From NCBI GenBank assembly GCA_963745835.1, contig CAVUZH010000024.1:64001-128000 (forward strand): a stretch of 64,000 bases of DNA. The letters run 5' to 3'. A program made the position numbers and the translations under genes. The stretch is from an uncultured delta proteobacterium (GTDB lineage: Bacteria > Desulfobacterota > Binatia > UBA9968). Shown here piece by piece: positions 50,886 to 60,601 of the stretch (positions are counted from its first letter, which is position 1; every line of letters starts with the position of its first letter). The notes under the pieces were generated by a model. It worked only from the letters and a program-made list of their open reading frames with translations, was not told the origin of the DNA and did no database searches.

Positions 50886-51750
50886 TTATAGCCGCAGGCC
50901 GGTTCGAACAGCTTTAAGTAATGCAATGTTATCGGAATGGCCGGTCATGTGAGCCGTGATTTTGCCGCGAATGGGTCTTCCCAGCAGATAAAAATCCCCG
51001 ATAATGTCAAGAATTTTATGACGCGCCAGTTCCTCCGGAAAGCGCAAGTCTGTGTTGACGATCTTCTCATCATCGATCAAGATACAATTACTAAGCTTGC
51101 CTCCGTTGATCAAGCCGAGCTTTTGCATTTTCTCCATATCGCGCAGAAAACCGAAGGTCCTTGCCGGCGCAATTTCTTCTTTGAAGGAAGTCGGACTCTG
51201 ATGTGTGAATAGTGTATTCCTGCACGCCGACCGGTTTCGGATAGTTCAGAACGTAGTGGACCGAAAACGTCTCCGCTGGTTCAATACTGATCCATTCTCC
51301 TGCGTCGTCACCGATGCGATAAGGACGATCAATGACGATTCTTGACCAGCTTTCGTCTTGCTCGTGCAGCCCAGCTTCCTCGATGAGTTCGCAAAACTCC
51401 GCCGCCGATCCATCTAAGATCGGAACCTCGCCTTGAACTTTCACCAGCAAGTTCGTAATTCCGTAACTATGGAGGACCGCCAAAAAATGCTCTACGGTCG
51501 CAACCGTAAAACCACGATGGCTCAATGATGTCGCAAATCCCGTTGATCCGACATAATCTAAATGCGCGGGTACGCTCACATCACCTGAGATACCCTCGAA
51601 TAAGATGCCGCTATTTGGCGGGAGCGGATGCAGAATCAATCCTGTTTTGATACCTGAATGCAATCCTTGACCTGAACTCACCACGCTTTTTCTTAAGGTC
51701 TTTTGTCGGATCGGTTCGGCGGATGTGACTATCCGCGGAGCTGTACTCAC
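50886..51750 (-). CDS. lpxC: UDP-3-O-acyl-GlcNAc deacetylase LpxC domain (one extra base near 51210); probably the C-terminal part of a REC-LpxC fusion
   Basis: RQKTL...GQGLHSG, TVEHFLA, EVPILDGSA, EIAPARTFGF, RHKILDIIGD, TGH; Zn and catalytic residues present. Confidence 0.92.
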
Positions 51751-52207
51751 TGAGTCGGTCTCCTCGACCCCATGGCGCTGTGCCGATTTCGGAGAGGCTC
51801 TGAGCTACAGGGAGCTCGCCCAGAGCGCGTTGCACGGTATGAAGCAGGCCGTCGAGCGAGACCGGCTTTTCGATAAAATCGAAAGCGCCAAATTTAGTTG
51901 CGGTCACCGCCGTGTGGATATTTCCGTGCCCGGAGATCATCACGACATTGGTTGAAGGCTTCTTGCTCTTGATCTCCTTGAGCAAGCCAATACCATCGAT
52001 TTTCGGCATCCAGATGTCGAGCAGCACGAGCCCGGGTTGCTCCGCTTCGATCATTTCCAGGACGCAAGTGGCATCGGCGGTATCGAGTACCCGATATCCC
52101 TCGTCCGTCAGCACTTCTTTAACCGACTCCCGAACCTTGTCCTCATCATCGACAACAAGGATGGTTTTCTGAGATGATAACTCCTTCACCGCCCCTCCAT
52201 TTTTCAT
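51751..52207 (-). CDS. NtrX-type response regulator receiver domain with no AAA+/HTH; probably fused to LpxC
   Basis: ILVVDDE, LLDIWMP, MISGHGNIHTAV.ATKFGAFDFIEKP; as assembled, its frame runs about 140 nt into lpxC before stopping at 51611. Confidence 0.85.
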
Positions 52208-54438
52208 AGCTGCGCAGCCTTCCTTTTAAACTCGCGTAGCGCGCCCTGCTCCCGCACCGGAAACTCTATCACGAACCTGGTGCCGCGCGGTTCGTTGTTC
52301 CGTACCCGAATATAACCGCGATGATCTTCGACAATTTGATTGACGATGGTTAGCCCCAGGCCGGTACCCTGTTTTTTAGTGGAAAATCCAGGCTCGAATA
52401 TTCTAACTCGAGCTTCCGCCGCCATGCCGCAACCATCGTCGGCAACTTCAAGGTAGACCGTGTTCCGAGTGCGATCATAAGCACTCGATATCTGCACATG
52501 GCCGCCGTCGCCAACGGCGGCCACGGCGTTGTCTAATAAGTTAATCATTACCCGTTTGATTTGCTCCCGATCGAGCTCTAGCGCCGGCAACTCTCCCGGC
52601 CGGAATTCAAAATCGATATGGTTATGTCCTTCCTTAAACAGGAATAGCGCGTCCTGGACAATCACGTTTAGGTCGTTGGGCACCGGCTGAGCCGTAGGTA
52701 GTCTTGCGAATTGCGAAAACTCATTCACCAGATTCTTGAGCTCGACCACCTGCTGGATAATCGTCGTCGTGCATTTGTCCAGTACCGCGCCGTCCCCTTG
52801 CAACAGTTTAGCATAGCGTTTGCGCAGTCTCTCGGCCGAGAGCTGTATCGGCGTGAGCGGATTTTTGATTTCGTGAGCGATTCGCCGCGCCACTTCGCGC
52901 CACGCTTCCATCCTCTGTACTTTTTGAATCTGGGTAATGTCTTCCAGAAAAATCATGATACCTAAGCTGTCATTAGCATCATCTCTGAGGGTAGCGGCGG
53001 TCGCAAATACGGTAAGGAGATGGTCTGGTAGCTGTATCTGCAATTCAGTCTCGCTGCTTTCGCGATCTTTGAGGTTGTCGATCAAGTCGCGCATGACCAT
53101 TAGCGGCGCGGTTTCAAACGCTTCCCTGTAGTATCTTCCGAGAGCAGCAGAACCATCCACACCTAACATTTGTTCGGCCGCCTTGTTCCAAGAAGTGATC
53201 TTCCCATTCGGGTCGACAGCAATCACTCCAGCGGTAATATTAGCGAGAAGTGTTTCAACGAACTTGCCGCGACGCAACAATTCCAGGTTGCTCTTCTTTA
53301 AGTCTCGGGTCATCTGGTTGAAAGACTCAACCAAGGTCCCTAACTCGTCATCGCCGGCCGCCTCAATTTGATAATCCCAGTTGCCATGAGCGACTTCGTG
53401 AGTCCCCGCCGCCACCTGCTGAATCGGGATCGTGATTCCTTTGGCAAGATAAAGGCCGAACCAAGTCGCGGCGAAGATAATCACCAGCGTAATTAATAGC
53501 AGGGTCAGAATGTAACTGTTTTTCACCGGGTTCTTCAGAAAACCAAGGTGCTTGTACTGCTCATAGGACCGGGAGATTTCGAGGGCGCGTTTGGTGATGC
53601 TCTTCGGCACGTAATAATCGACTACCACGACTCCCTGAATCCGCTTGCCGCTGTCATAGATCGGAACACCGCCGCGAATAACGTCGCCCTCGCCGAAAGC
53701 CTGAGTTCGGGTAACTTCCAGGCCGCGCAGCGCCCGGTTAAGGAAATCGGCTTCAGCCTTGATGCTAACTCCAGTGGGTACCTGGTCATTGAAAGCCACT
53801 ACTACCGGCAGGTGATCTGGTGAAAATAATTCCACAGTGCCGAGATTGTACTCACGCTGCTTGATCTGGATAAATTCTTTAAGATCGCTCCGCCGTCCGG
53901 TCTCGAACAGCCCCTGTTCAGTGACGCGCCGGCTTAGCTGCCGTGCATAGAACAGCGCGTTGTTTGCCGAGTTTTGATAATAGGTCTGGCCGATTTCCAA
54001 AGATCCCTGAAGCGCGGTCTCGACCTGTATATCGAACCACCTTTCAAAGGAGCGGGTGACGAATCCCCCGGCAATGACGAACAGCAACAGTGTCGGAATC
54101 AGCGATAGGCCGACAAATGCAATCACCAGGCGAACTCTCAGTCGTGAGCCCAGGATCCGCCGTTTGCGTTCGAATACCAGCTTCACCAGGTTTCTGACGA
54201 CCAGAAAAACCAGGAGAATCAGAAGAATGATGTTGATGTTGATTAAGAGAAAGAAAACTATGTTATTGCTGAGAGAATATTCCGACGAGACATCGGGAAG
54301 CTGCACCTCGAAGAATGCAAAGGCCAGCACCACCAGTGAAGTGATGAGAATCGCCAGTCCTTCACGCTTTCGTCGTTTAGTTTCATCCAACGTGGGCGTC
54401 TCGCTGATCTGCTGTTGGGTTTTGAAGGTTTTGCTCAT
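52204..54438 (-). CDS. ntrY: NtrY-family sensor histidine kinase (TM, periplasmic, HAMP, PAS, HisKA, HATPase)
   Basis: WREVARRIAHEIKNPLTPIQLSAERL, DELGTLVESFNQMT, STKKQGTGLGL. Confidence 0.9.
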   Translation of the reverse strand: MSKTFKTQQQISETPTLDETKRRKREGLAILITSLVVLAFAFFEVQLPDVSSEYSLSNNIVFFLLININIILLILLVFLVVRNLVKLVFERKRRILGSRLRVRLVIAFVGLSLIPTLLLFVIAGGFVTRSFERWFDIQVETALQGSLEIGQTYYQNSANNALFYARQLSRRVTEQGLFETGRRSDLKEFIQIKQREYNLGTVELFSPDHLPVVVAFNDQVPTGVSIKAEADFLNRALRGLEVTRTQAFGEGDVIRGGVPIYDSGKRIQGVVVVDYYVPKSITKRALEISRSYEQYKHLGFLKNPVKNSYILTLLLITLVIIFAATWFGLYLAKGITIPIQQVAAGTHEVAHGNWDYQIEAAGDDELGTLVESFNQMTRDLKKSNLELLRRGKFVETLLANITAGVIAVDPNGKITSWNKAAEQMLGVDGSAALGRYYREAFETAPLMVMRDLIDNLKDRESSETELQIQLPDHLLTVFATAATLRDDANDSLGIMIFLEDITQIQKVQRMEAWREVARRIAHEIKNPLTPIQLSAERLRKRYAKLLQGDGAVLDKCTTTIIQQVVELKNLVNEFSQFARLPTAQPVPNDLNVIVQDALFLFKEGHNHIDFEFRPGELPALELDREQIKRVMINLLDNAVAAVGDGGHVQISSAYDRTRNTVYLEVADDGCGMAAEARVRIFEPGFSTKKQGTGLGLTIVNQIVEDHRGYIRVRNNEPRGTRFVIEFPVREQGALREFKRKAAQL

Positions 54439-54473
54439 GGCACCTGCTAAGAGACTAAAATGCGAGAAGAATT

Positions 54474-54686
54474 TTATCTTCTAAAGAGGTACAGAACAAG
54501 GCTGATGAGGATGCTGATAACAATGCACGTGGCGATTGGAAAGTAAAAACTGAAGCGACCTCGCTGGACGTAGATATCACCCGGCAAATGCCCGAGCCAA
54601 GGGATTTTTCCACCGAATGTAAACAGTACTCCGACGGCAATGATTGCGACCCCCAGAATGATCAAAGTTCTACCGAACTCAGGCAT
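54474..54686 (-). CDS. DUF2905 domain membrane protein
   Basis: LGHLPGDIYVQRGRFSFYFPIATCIVISILIS. Confidence 0.9.
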   Translation of the reverse strand: MPEFGRTLIILGVAIIAVGVLFTFGGKIPWLGHLPGDIYVQRGRFSFYFPIATCIVISILISLVLYLFRR

Positions 54687-54734
54687 ATGGTTCGATCCCG
54701 CTGGTTGAGGGAGGGATTTCAGGTCGTTGCTACT

Positions 54735-55808
54735 TCAAAACAAACTAGGTTGGTTCTTGGGGGCACTGCCCTTTTGTCCCCTAGGTTTTTGGCCGAAGTG
54801 ATTGTAGGCCAACGGCGTCGCCATCCGCCCTCTAGGCGTTCGCTGGATGAAACCCGCCTGAATCAGAAATGGCTCATAGACATCTTCAATGGTGTCTTTC
54901 TCTTCGCCAATGGCCGCTGCCAGAGTCTCGATTCCAACCGGTCCTCCGGAGAACTTTTCGATCAGGGTCAATAGCAACATGGTATCCATTTTATCGAGGC
55001 CGATGGAGTCAACCTCCAACATCTGTAACGCCTCGACCGTTACCGCGAGCGTAATCCGTCCGGCTGCTTTGACCTGTGCATAGTCGCGCACACGGCGTAG
55101 CAGGCGGTTGGCGATTCGTGGTGTGCCGCGCGACCGCCGCGCGATCTCGGCAATTCCGTCCTGTTCGCCAGCCACGCCGAGAATCACAGCCGAGCGCTGG
55201 AGAAGATCAGTAAGGGTTTCCGGTGAATAAAAATCTAGCCGGAAGCTCAGGCCGAAACGATCCCGCAGCGGCGAGGTCAGCAGACCTGATCTTGTCGTTG
55301 CGCCAATCAAAGTAAATGGCTTCAACTCAAGCTTGATGGATCGGGCCGCCGGACCTTGTCCAATCATGATATCGATCTGAAAATCTTCCATGGCGGGATA
55401 TAGAACCTCTTCGACAATATGGTTGAGGCGATGAATTTCATCGATGAACAAGATATCGCCTTCCTCCAAATTGGTGAGAATCGCCGCCAGATCACCGGCA
55501 CGCTCGATAACCGGCCCTGAAGTCCCTTTGATATTGACGCCCATCTCACGGGCGATGATGTAGGCCAGGGATGTTTTTCCTAATCCTGGCGGGCCATGAA
55601 ACAAAAGGTGGTCTAAAACCTCGCCACGACCGCGGGCTGCGTCGATGGCTACTTTAAGGTTTTCTTTAACCCGATCTTGGCCGACGTATTCCGCGAATCC
55701 ACGGGGCCGCAGATTTACTTCGTAGTTCAGATCCTCATCGCTTCGCGCCGGCGAGATCTCCCGCGATTCCGAGGATTTGTCCGAATCGATGATGGGTGAG
55801 TGGGCCAT
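54735..55808 (-). CDS. ruvB: Holliday junction helicase RuvB
   Basis: [34 protein letters not shown]. Confidence 0.98.
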   Translation of the reverse strand: MAHSPIIDSDKSSESREISPARSDEDLNYEVNLRPRGFAEYVGQDRVKENLKVAIDAARGRGEVLDHLLFHGPPGLGKTSLAYIIAREMGVNIKGTSGPVIERAGDLAAILTNLEEGDILFIDEIHRLNHIVEEVLYPAMEDFQIDIMIGQGPAARSIKLELKPFTLIGATTRSGLLTSPLRDRFGLSFRLDFYSPETLTDLLQRSAVILGVAGEQDGIAEIARRSRGTPRIANRLLRRVRDYAQVKAAGRITLAVTVEALQMLEVDSIGLDKMDTMLLLTLIEKFSGGPVGIETLAAAIGEEKDTIEDVYEPFLIQAGFIQRTPRGRMATPLAYNHFGQKPRGQKGSAPKNQPSLF

Positions 55809-55816
55809 AATCAGTG

Positions 55817-56410
55817 TCAGCGACTCATGCGCCGAAGTACCTCTTTAATCACCTGCTCGAGACTGTGATTGCCCGCTTGAACGCAGTCACGCACGTTCTT
55901 TTCAACTTCCACTTTACGATAGCCCAGATTAACGAGAGCCGAAACAGCGTCTTGGAGCAGCTGCGGGTCGCGCCCTTGCGCAGGAGTTTCTGTGGCTTGA
56001 GATTCGAGAAGCGCAAAGCGATCACGAAGCTCGACGATCATGCGCTCGGCTAGTTTCTTGCCCACGCCAGGGATCGATACCAAGCGCAACTGATCGCCTC
56101 CCTTGATCGCACGGGTGAGTTCATCGGCGGGGATTCCCGACAAAATGTTCAGCGCAAGTTTAGGTCCGATGCCGGCGACGCCGTTGAGTTGCAAGAAAAC
56201 TTGTTTCTCCGCCGGCTCCTGGAAGCCAAAAAGCTGGAGAGCATCCTCGCGCAAGTGCGTATGGATATGTAGCCGGACCGGCGCGCCGATCTCCGGCAGA
56301 TGATAAAACACATTGAGCGGGATGAAGACCTGATAACCGACTCCACCGACATCGACGACGATTTCTCCTGCAACCTTCTGCGCCAGAGTGCCGCTGATTT
56401 GAGCGATCAC
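55817..56410 (-). CDS. ruvA: Holliday junction DNA-binding protein RuvA
   Basis: [37 protein letters not shown]. Confidence 0.97.
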   Translation of the reverse strand: MIAQISGTLAQKVAGEIVVDVGGVGYQVFIPLNVFYHLPEIGAPVRLHIHTHLREDALQLFGFQEPAEKQVFLQLNGVAGIGPKLALNILSGIPADELTRAIKGGDQLRLVSIPGVGKKLAERMIVELRDRFALLESQATETPAQGRDPQLLQDAVSALVNLGYRKVEVEKNVRDCVQAGNHSLEQVIKEVLRRMSR

Positions 56411-56452
56411 GACTGTGTGATCTTCCGGTTAATTTGAACGTCGTTCGACATC

Positions 56453-57043
56453 TCAAGGAAGGATCGACTTGCGCGGCCGCAACGGCGCAATGGTTCTTGG
56501 CAGGGCTTCGATGAGGCGCGCGCGCAACACCTGCATATGAAGATGGCAAATTGCCGCAGCGAGCGCGTCCGCGGCGTCGGCCGGCAACTTGCCGCGAAGA
56601 CGCAACAAAGAAGCAATCATCATTTGTACCTGCTGTTTAGTGGCGTGGCCGTATCCTACCACCGCGGCCTTGATTTCAACGGCGGCATACTCATGAACTG
56701 CCAAGCTCCTTCGGGCAGCGGCGAGAATGGCTACGCCGCGCGCCTGACCGAGCTTGAGCGCGCTCTGCGCGTTTCGCGCGAAAAAAACCCGCTCGACGCA
56801 AACACCATCCGGATTATAGGAATCGATGACTTCCTCAAGGCCGCGGTAAATGCGCTCCAGCCGAGCCGCCTGCCCCTGAGTGCCCGCCGTAATCACCGTG
56901 CCATGCGCCAGATGGACCAATGAAGTGCCTGTCGCCTCAACGACTCCCCAACCGGTGACTGCCGAACCGGGATCGATACCGAGAACCCTGCGCGCCAGCG
57001 GTTGTGCATCAGCCCTGCGCCGGACAGGCGAAGACCAGCTCAA
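56453..57043 (-). CDS. ruvC: Holliday junction resolvase RuvC
   Basis: [31 protein letters not shown]. Confidence 0.96.
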   Translation of the reverse strand: MSWSSPVRRRADAQPLARRVLGIDPGSAVTGWGVVEATGTSLVHLAHGTVITAGTQGQAARLERIYRGLEEVIDSYNPDGVCVERVFFARNAQSALKLGQARGVAILAAARRSLAVHEYAAVEIKAAVVGYGHATKQQVQMMIASLLRLRGKLPADAADALAAAICHLHMQVLRARLIEALPRTIAPLRPRKSILP

Positions 57044-57786
57044 CTAGCCTTCTCCATTAACTCACTCGGGATGTTGAAATTAGCCGAAACGCTCTGGACA
57101 TCGTCATGATCTTCAAGTTCCTCCGTTAGCTTCAAAATCTGTTCGACATTCTTCTCGTCGACATCAACAGTGTTCTTCGGCACCATGGTGATTTGAGCGC
57201 TGGCGATCGCTACTTTTTCGAGTTCGAGCCGTTCCTTGACTTTGTCGAACTCTTCGACGGCTGTGATCACTTCGAAAATTTCATCTTCATCCCTAACATC
57301 CTCGGCCCCGGCATCAAGAACAATTGACATCAAGCGATCCTCATCAACTTGCGTTTTTTCGATCGTGATCAGGCCCTTTTTGTCGAACATCCAGGCGACG
57401 CAGCCGGCCTCGCCCATATTGCCGCCGTGTTTTGTAAACAGGCGACGGATCTCCGAAACCGTGCGATTTTTGTTATCCGTCAGCACATGCGCCAATATGG
57501 CCGCACCACCCGGCCCATATCCTTCGTATTGAATCTCGTCGTAGGTGACACCTTCAAGCTCGCCGGTTCCCTTTTTGATCGCCCGATCGATGTTCTCGGT
57601 AGGCATACTTGCAGATCGAGCCGTGAGTACCGCCGTGCGCAGGCGCGGATTCGCATTGATATCGCCGCCGCCCATTCGCGCCGCAACCGTAATTTCCTTG
57701 ATCAGCTTGGTGAAGAGCTTGCCCTTCCTCGCGTCTTTTGCGGCTTTCTTGTGCTTGATCGTGCTCCATTTTGAATGGCCTGACAT
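57040..57786 (-). CDS. yebC: YebC/PmpR family protein
   Basis: [29 protein letters not shown]. Confidence 0.96.
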   Translation of the reverse strand: MSGHSKWSTIKHKKAAKDARKGKLFTKLIKEITVAARMGGGDINANPRLRTAVLTARSASMPTENIDRAIKKGTGELEGVTYDEIQYEGYGPGGAAILAHVLTDNKNRTVSEIRRLFTKHGGNMGEAGCVAWMFDKKGLITIEKTQVDEDRLMSIVLDAGAEDVRDEDEIFEVITAVEEFDKVKERLELEKVAIASAQITMVPKNTVDVDEKNVEQILKLTEELEDHDDVQSVSANFNIPSELMEKAS

Positions 57787-58062
57787 AAACTAAGACACTC
57801 CTTTGTAAGTTGTCGGTAAGGTAGCACAATCTCTGCGCTGCGTAAACGGCGCTTCGTATTGAAAATGCGCCTTTGTAATGCATTCTAATTGACCATTCGA
57901 ACAAAACCACGTAGTGTGAAGCACGTTTTCACGAGCTCAATAGGAACTCACATAGTAAAGATCTGCATTCCGCCTTGCCAACTGGCGTCATAAGCCTTCC
58001 AATAGACAAAAATCTTCGAAGAGTCGTTTACTCAATCGTCATACAGGGAGCGAAACAAAATC

Positions 58063-58629
58063 ATGTCATTTTACATTAGCGAACTCGCCGCGTTCGCAGC
58101 CTTTTTCGTGTACGGCAGCTTTTTCGAATGGACTTTACACAAATACCTCATGCATCAGCCGCGCTGGAAATATCCATTTCGCGCTCATGCATTGGTGCAC
58201 CATGGTCTCTTCCGCACGGGAACCGATTACTTTTTGTCGGATAAGAAATATCTGAGAAAGGTTCGCTTCGCTTGGTGGAACGCACCGTTTATCATCGCTC
58301 TTCACGTTCCTGCAATACTTCTTATACAGAACCTTGTTGGCGCCCCTATACTCGCCGGCGCGTGCGCGGCCATGGCGGTTTATTATGCGCTTTACGAGTA
58401 TCTGCACTACTGCATGCACATTCCCACGGGGCGGCGCCTGGAGCAGACTCGGTGGTTTCGCTGGCTCGACGCGCATCATCATATGCATCACAAACGGCAC
58501 CTGAGCAATCTAAATGTTGTTTTACCGTTGGCTGATGCCGTATTCGGTAGTCTGATAAGCGCAAAAGAAAGAGTTCCTACCCCGGATCGGCAGCAGGGGG
58601 CTTACAGGATGGAAGCCTTGCTAGGTTAA
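58063..58629 (+). CDS. Fatty acid hydroxylase/sterol desaturase superfamily di-iron membrane enzyme
   Basis: His boxes HKYLMH, HALVHH, HYCMH, HHHMHH; NLNVVLPLAD. Confidence 0.85.
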   Translation: MSFYISELAAFAAFFVYGSFFEWTLHKYLMHQPRWKYPFRAHALVHHGLFRTGTDYFLSDKKYLRKVRFAWWNAPFIIALHVPAILLIQNLVGAPILAGACAAMAVYYALYEYLHYCMHIPTGRRLEQTRWFRWLDAHHHMHHKRHLSNLNVVLPLADAVFGSLISAKERVPTPDRQQGAYRMEALLG

Positions 58630-58710
58630 TAGATGATTTGCATGTCGCTCGGAACTCCGGTTCGATGTGCCTTGGCGCCAGGGATTCGATAAACATCGAT
58701 CCTGACGATT

Positions 58711-59391
58711 TTGCCGGGAGGGATCTTGAAGCCGATTTCCGATTTAAAACTCGTTCTCCTCTCGGTAATACTCATCTACCTGGCAGCATGTTCCTTGCCG
58801 CCCTCGAGAATCCCTCCTCCTGTCACCGCGCCCAGGGTCATTCAAACCGGCATCGCCTCATGGTATGGGCCCGGCTTTCACGGGAAGACTACTGCCAGCG
58901 GCGTTATCTATAACCAACACGACCTCACGGCGGCGCATCAAACATTGCCGCTCGGCACTCGAGTGCTGGTAACCAACTTAGAGAATGGCAGATCGATTGA
59001 AGTTCTGATCAACGATCGCGGACCCTTCGCGAAGGGAAGAATTATAGATTTATCCTATGCGGCAGCGGAAACGCTCGGCATGATTGGTCCCGGAACCATC
59101 CCGGTGCGGATCGAAGTTGTCGGTAGCAGCGCTGACAAAATATCCTTGATTAAAGATTCACTCGACTACACGCTTCAGCTAGGCTCGTTTTCAGTACTCG
59201 AGAATGCTCGCCAGCTGCGCGACCGGGTCGCATCGAAGTTTTCCGAGGTTGCCATTGTCCCTTTGAACACCGGCGCGAGCACGTTTTATCGTGTCCAACT
59301 CGGACAATTTTCTACTCGGTCCAGTGCCGAGGAACAAGCGCGACAGGTGACACAAGAGGGGTATCCGGTTGTTATTTTAGAGAAGTGGTAG
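58711..59391 (+). CDS. rlpA: Septal ring lytic transglycosylase RlpA (DPBB + SPOR)
   Basis: Lipobox LAAC, GIASWYG..FHG, TAAHQTLP, INDRGPF..GRIIDLS, SPOR domain. Confidence 0.93.
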   Translation: MPGGILKPISDLKLVLLSVILIYLAACSLPPSRIPPPVTAPRVIQTGIASWYGPGFHGKTTASGVIYNQHDLTAAHQTLPLGTRVLVTNLENGRSIEVLINDRGPFAKGRIIDLSYAAAETLGMIGPGTIPVRIEVVGSSADKISLIKDSLDYTLQLGSFSVLENARQLRDRVASKFSEVAIVPLNTGASTFYRVQLGQFSTRSSAEEQARQVTQEGYPVVILEKW

Positions 59392-59614
59392 ATCAGAACG
59401 GTCGCAACACCTACGATAACCAAGCACAGGTTTTAGGCTCCTTGTTAATTGTTGCCGGTTTCTCCAGAGGCACCGACTCTGTCGGCAGCAAGGCGATTTT
59501 ACTGCTCAGGCCAAAGTTTTACTCTCAGGTTTATGTTAGACACGCCGATGACATGCAGATCGGGTTGCAGACAAATGGCGATTCGACGCTCTTGATTCGG
59601 CACAAGGCGATGTA

Positions 59615-60532
59615 TCACTGGCCAAGCAGATGATAGCGGCCATCTTCTCTTTTCACACGTTCATCGCGGATGAGCTTCTCCAGATGCGCCTGAACTGAAA
59701 ATTCCGCCACCCTTTGCAGGCCGGCGGACACATCCACATAGATGGATTGGGTGATATCCCCGATGGTATTAAGTCCCTTGCGCAAAGCATCGAGCACCTG
59801 CTTCTCGCGCATCATCCGATGCCGCAAGTATTCCCTGATCTTTGCCTCCGGTTTGCCAACCAAAGGCCCGTGTCCGGGCAGAATCAAATCGATATTGAAC
59901 TCCAACAGCCGCTCCAACGATTGCAAGTAATCGGTCATGTTACCGTCAGGCGGGTGAATCACGGCCGTTCCGTGTCCCAAAATATTGTCACCGCTAAACA
60001 GCACCTTCTCGCCTGATTCATAGAAACAGCAGTGGCCCGATTCATGACCTGGAGTGTGCAGGACTTGGAGCTCGCCGCCGCCAAAGGAAATCCAGTCTTG
60101 GTCATCGTACCGAAAGTCCTCCCCGCCCAAATAGCCTGCGCGCGAACGGTGAATGCCGAGCTTTGCGCCGGTGCGCTTCTTGAGAGCCAGTGCCCCACCA
60201 CAGTGATCGATATGGATATGCGTCAGAAGGATCTTCTCAATTTTTTTGGCGCCCATGGCTTCGGCCTGTTCGATGATTCCATCCATGTTTCCGTCTGAGC
60301 TCAGCGCCACATCGATGACAACTGCGCTGTCCTTACCAACGATATATTGGTTGGTCCCCTGCAAGGTCATCATGCCTGGATTATCCGCGGTAAAATTTGC
60401 GATGTGAGCTGGTTGATTCATTATCGGCCTTTCAACGGCGTAGCTATTTCCACGGAGTAGTCGCGCAGGGCCGAAGAGAAGCGCCAGACCCGGTCCAATT
60501 AACCCAAGCGCTTGTCTCCGATTCATCGGCAT
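59615..60532 (-). CDS. MBL-fold metallo-hydrolase (LACTB2-like with C-terminal winged helix)
   Basis: NPGMMTLQGTNQY, THIHIDH, TPGH, FSGD, PGHG. Confidence 0.9.
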   Translation of the reverse strand: MPMNRRQALGLIGPGLALLFGPARLLRGNSYAVERPIMNQPAHIANFTADNPGMMTLQGTNQYIVGKDSAVVIDVALSSDGNMDGIIEQAEAMGAKKIEKILLTHIHIDHCGGALALKKRTGAKLGIHRSRAGYLGGEDFRYDDQDWISFGGGELQVLHTPGHESGHCCFYESGEKVLFSGDNILGHGTAVIHPPDGNMTDYLQSLERLLEFNIDLILPGHGPLVGKPEAKIREYLRHRMMREKQVLDALRKGLNTIGDITQSIYVDVSAGLQRVAEFSVQAHLEKLIRDERVKREDGRYHLLGQ

Positions 60533-60601
60533 TGGTCGGGAATGCCAGCGGCTGGCCCAAGCTCAATCTCTGAGCTCGTTCGAAGCCTTGGTTCCAGCGA
60601 T

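Noticed and set aside
45055-51810. Programmed ribosomal frameshifting in plsX or lpxC
   Set aside because: No slippery heptamer or stimulatory structure seen; scattered indels are better explained by consensus error
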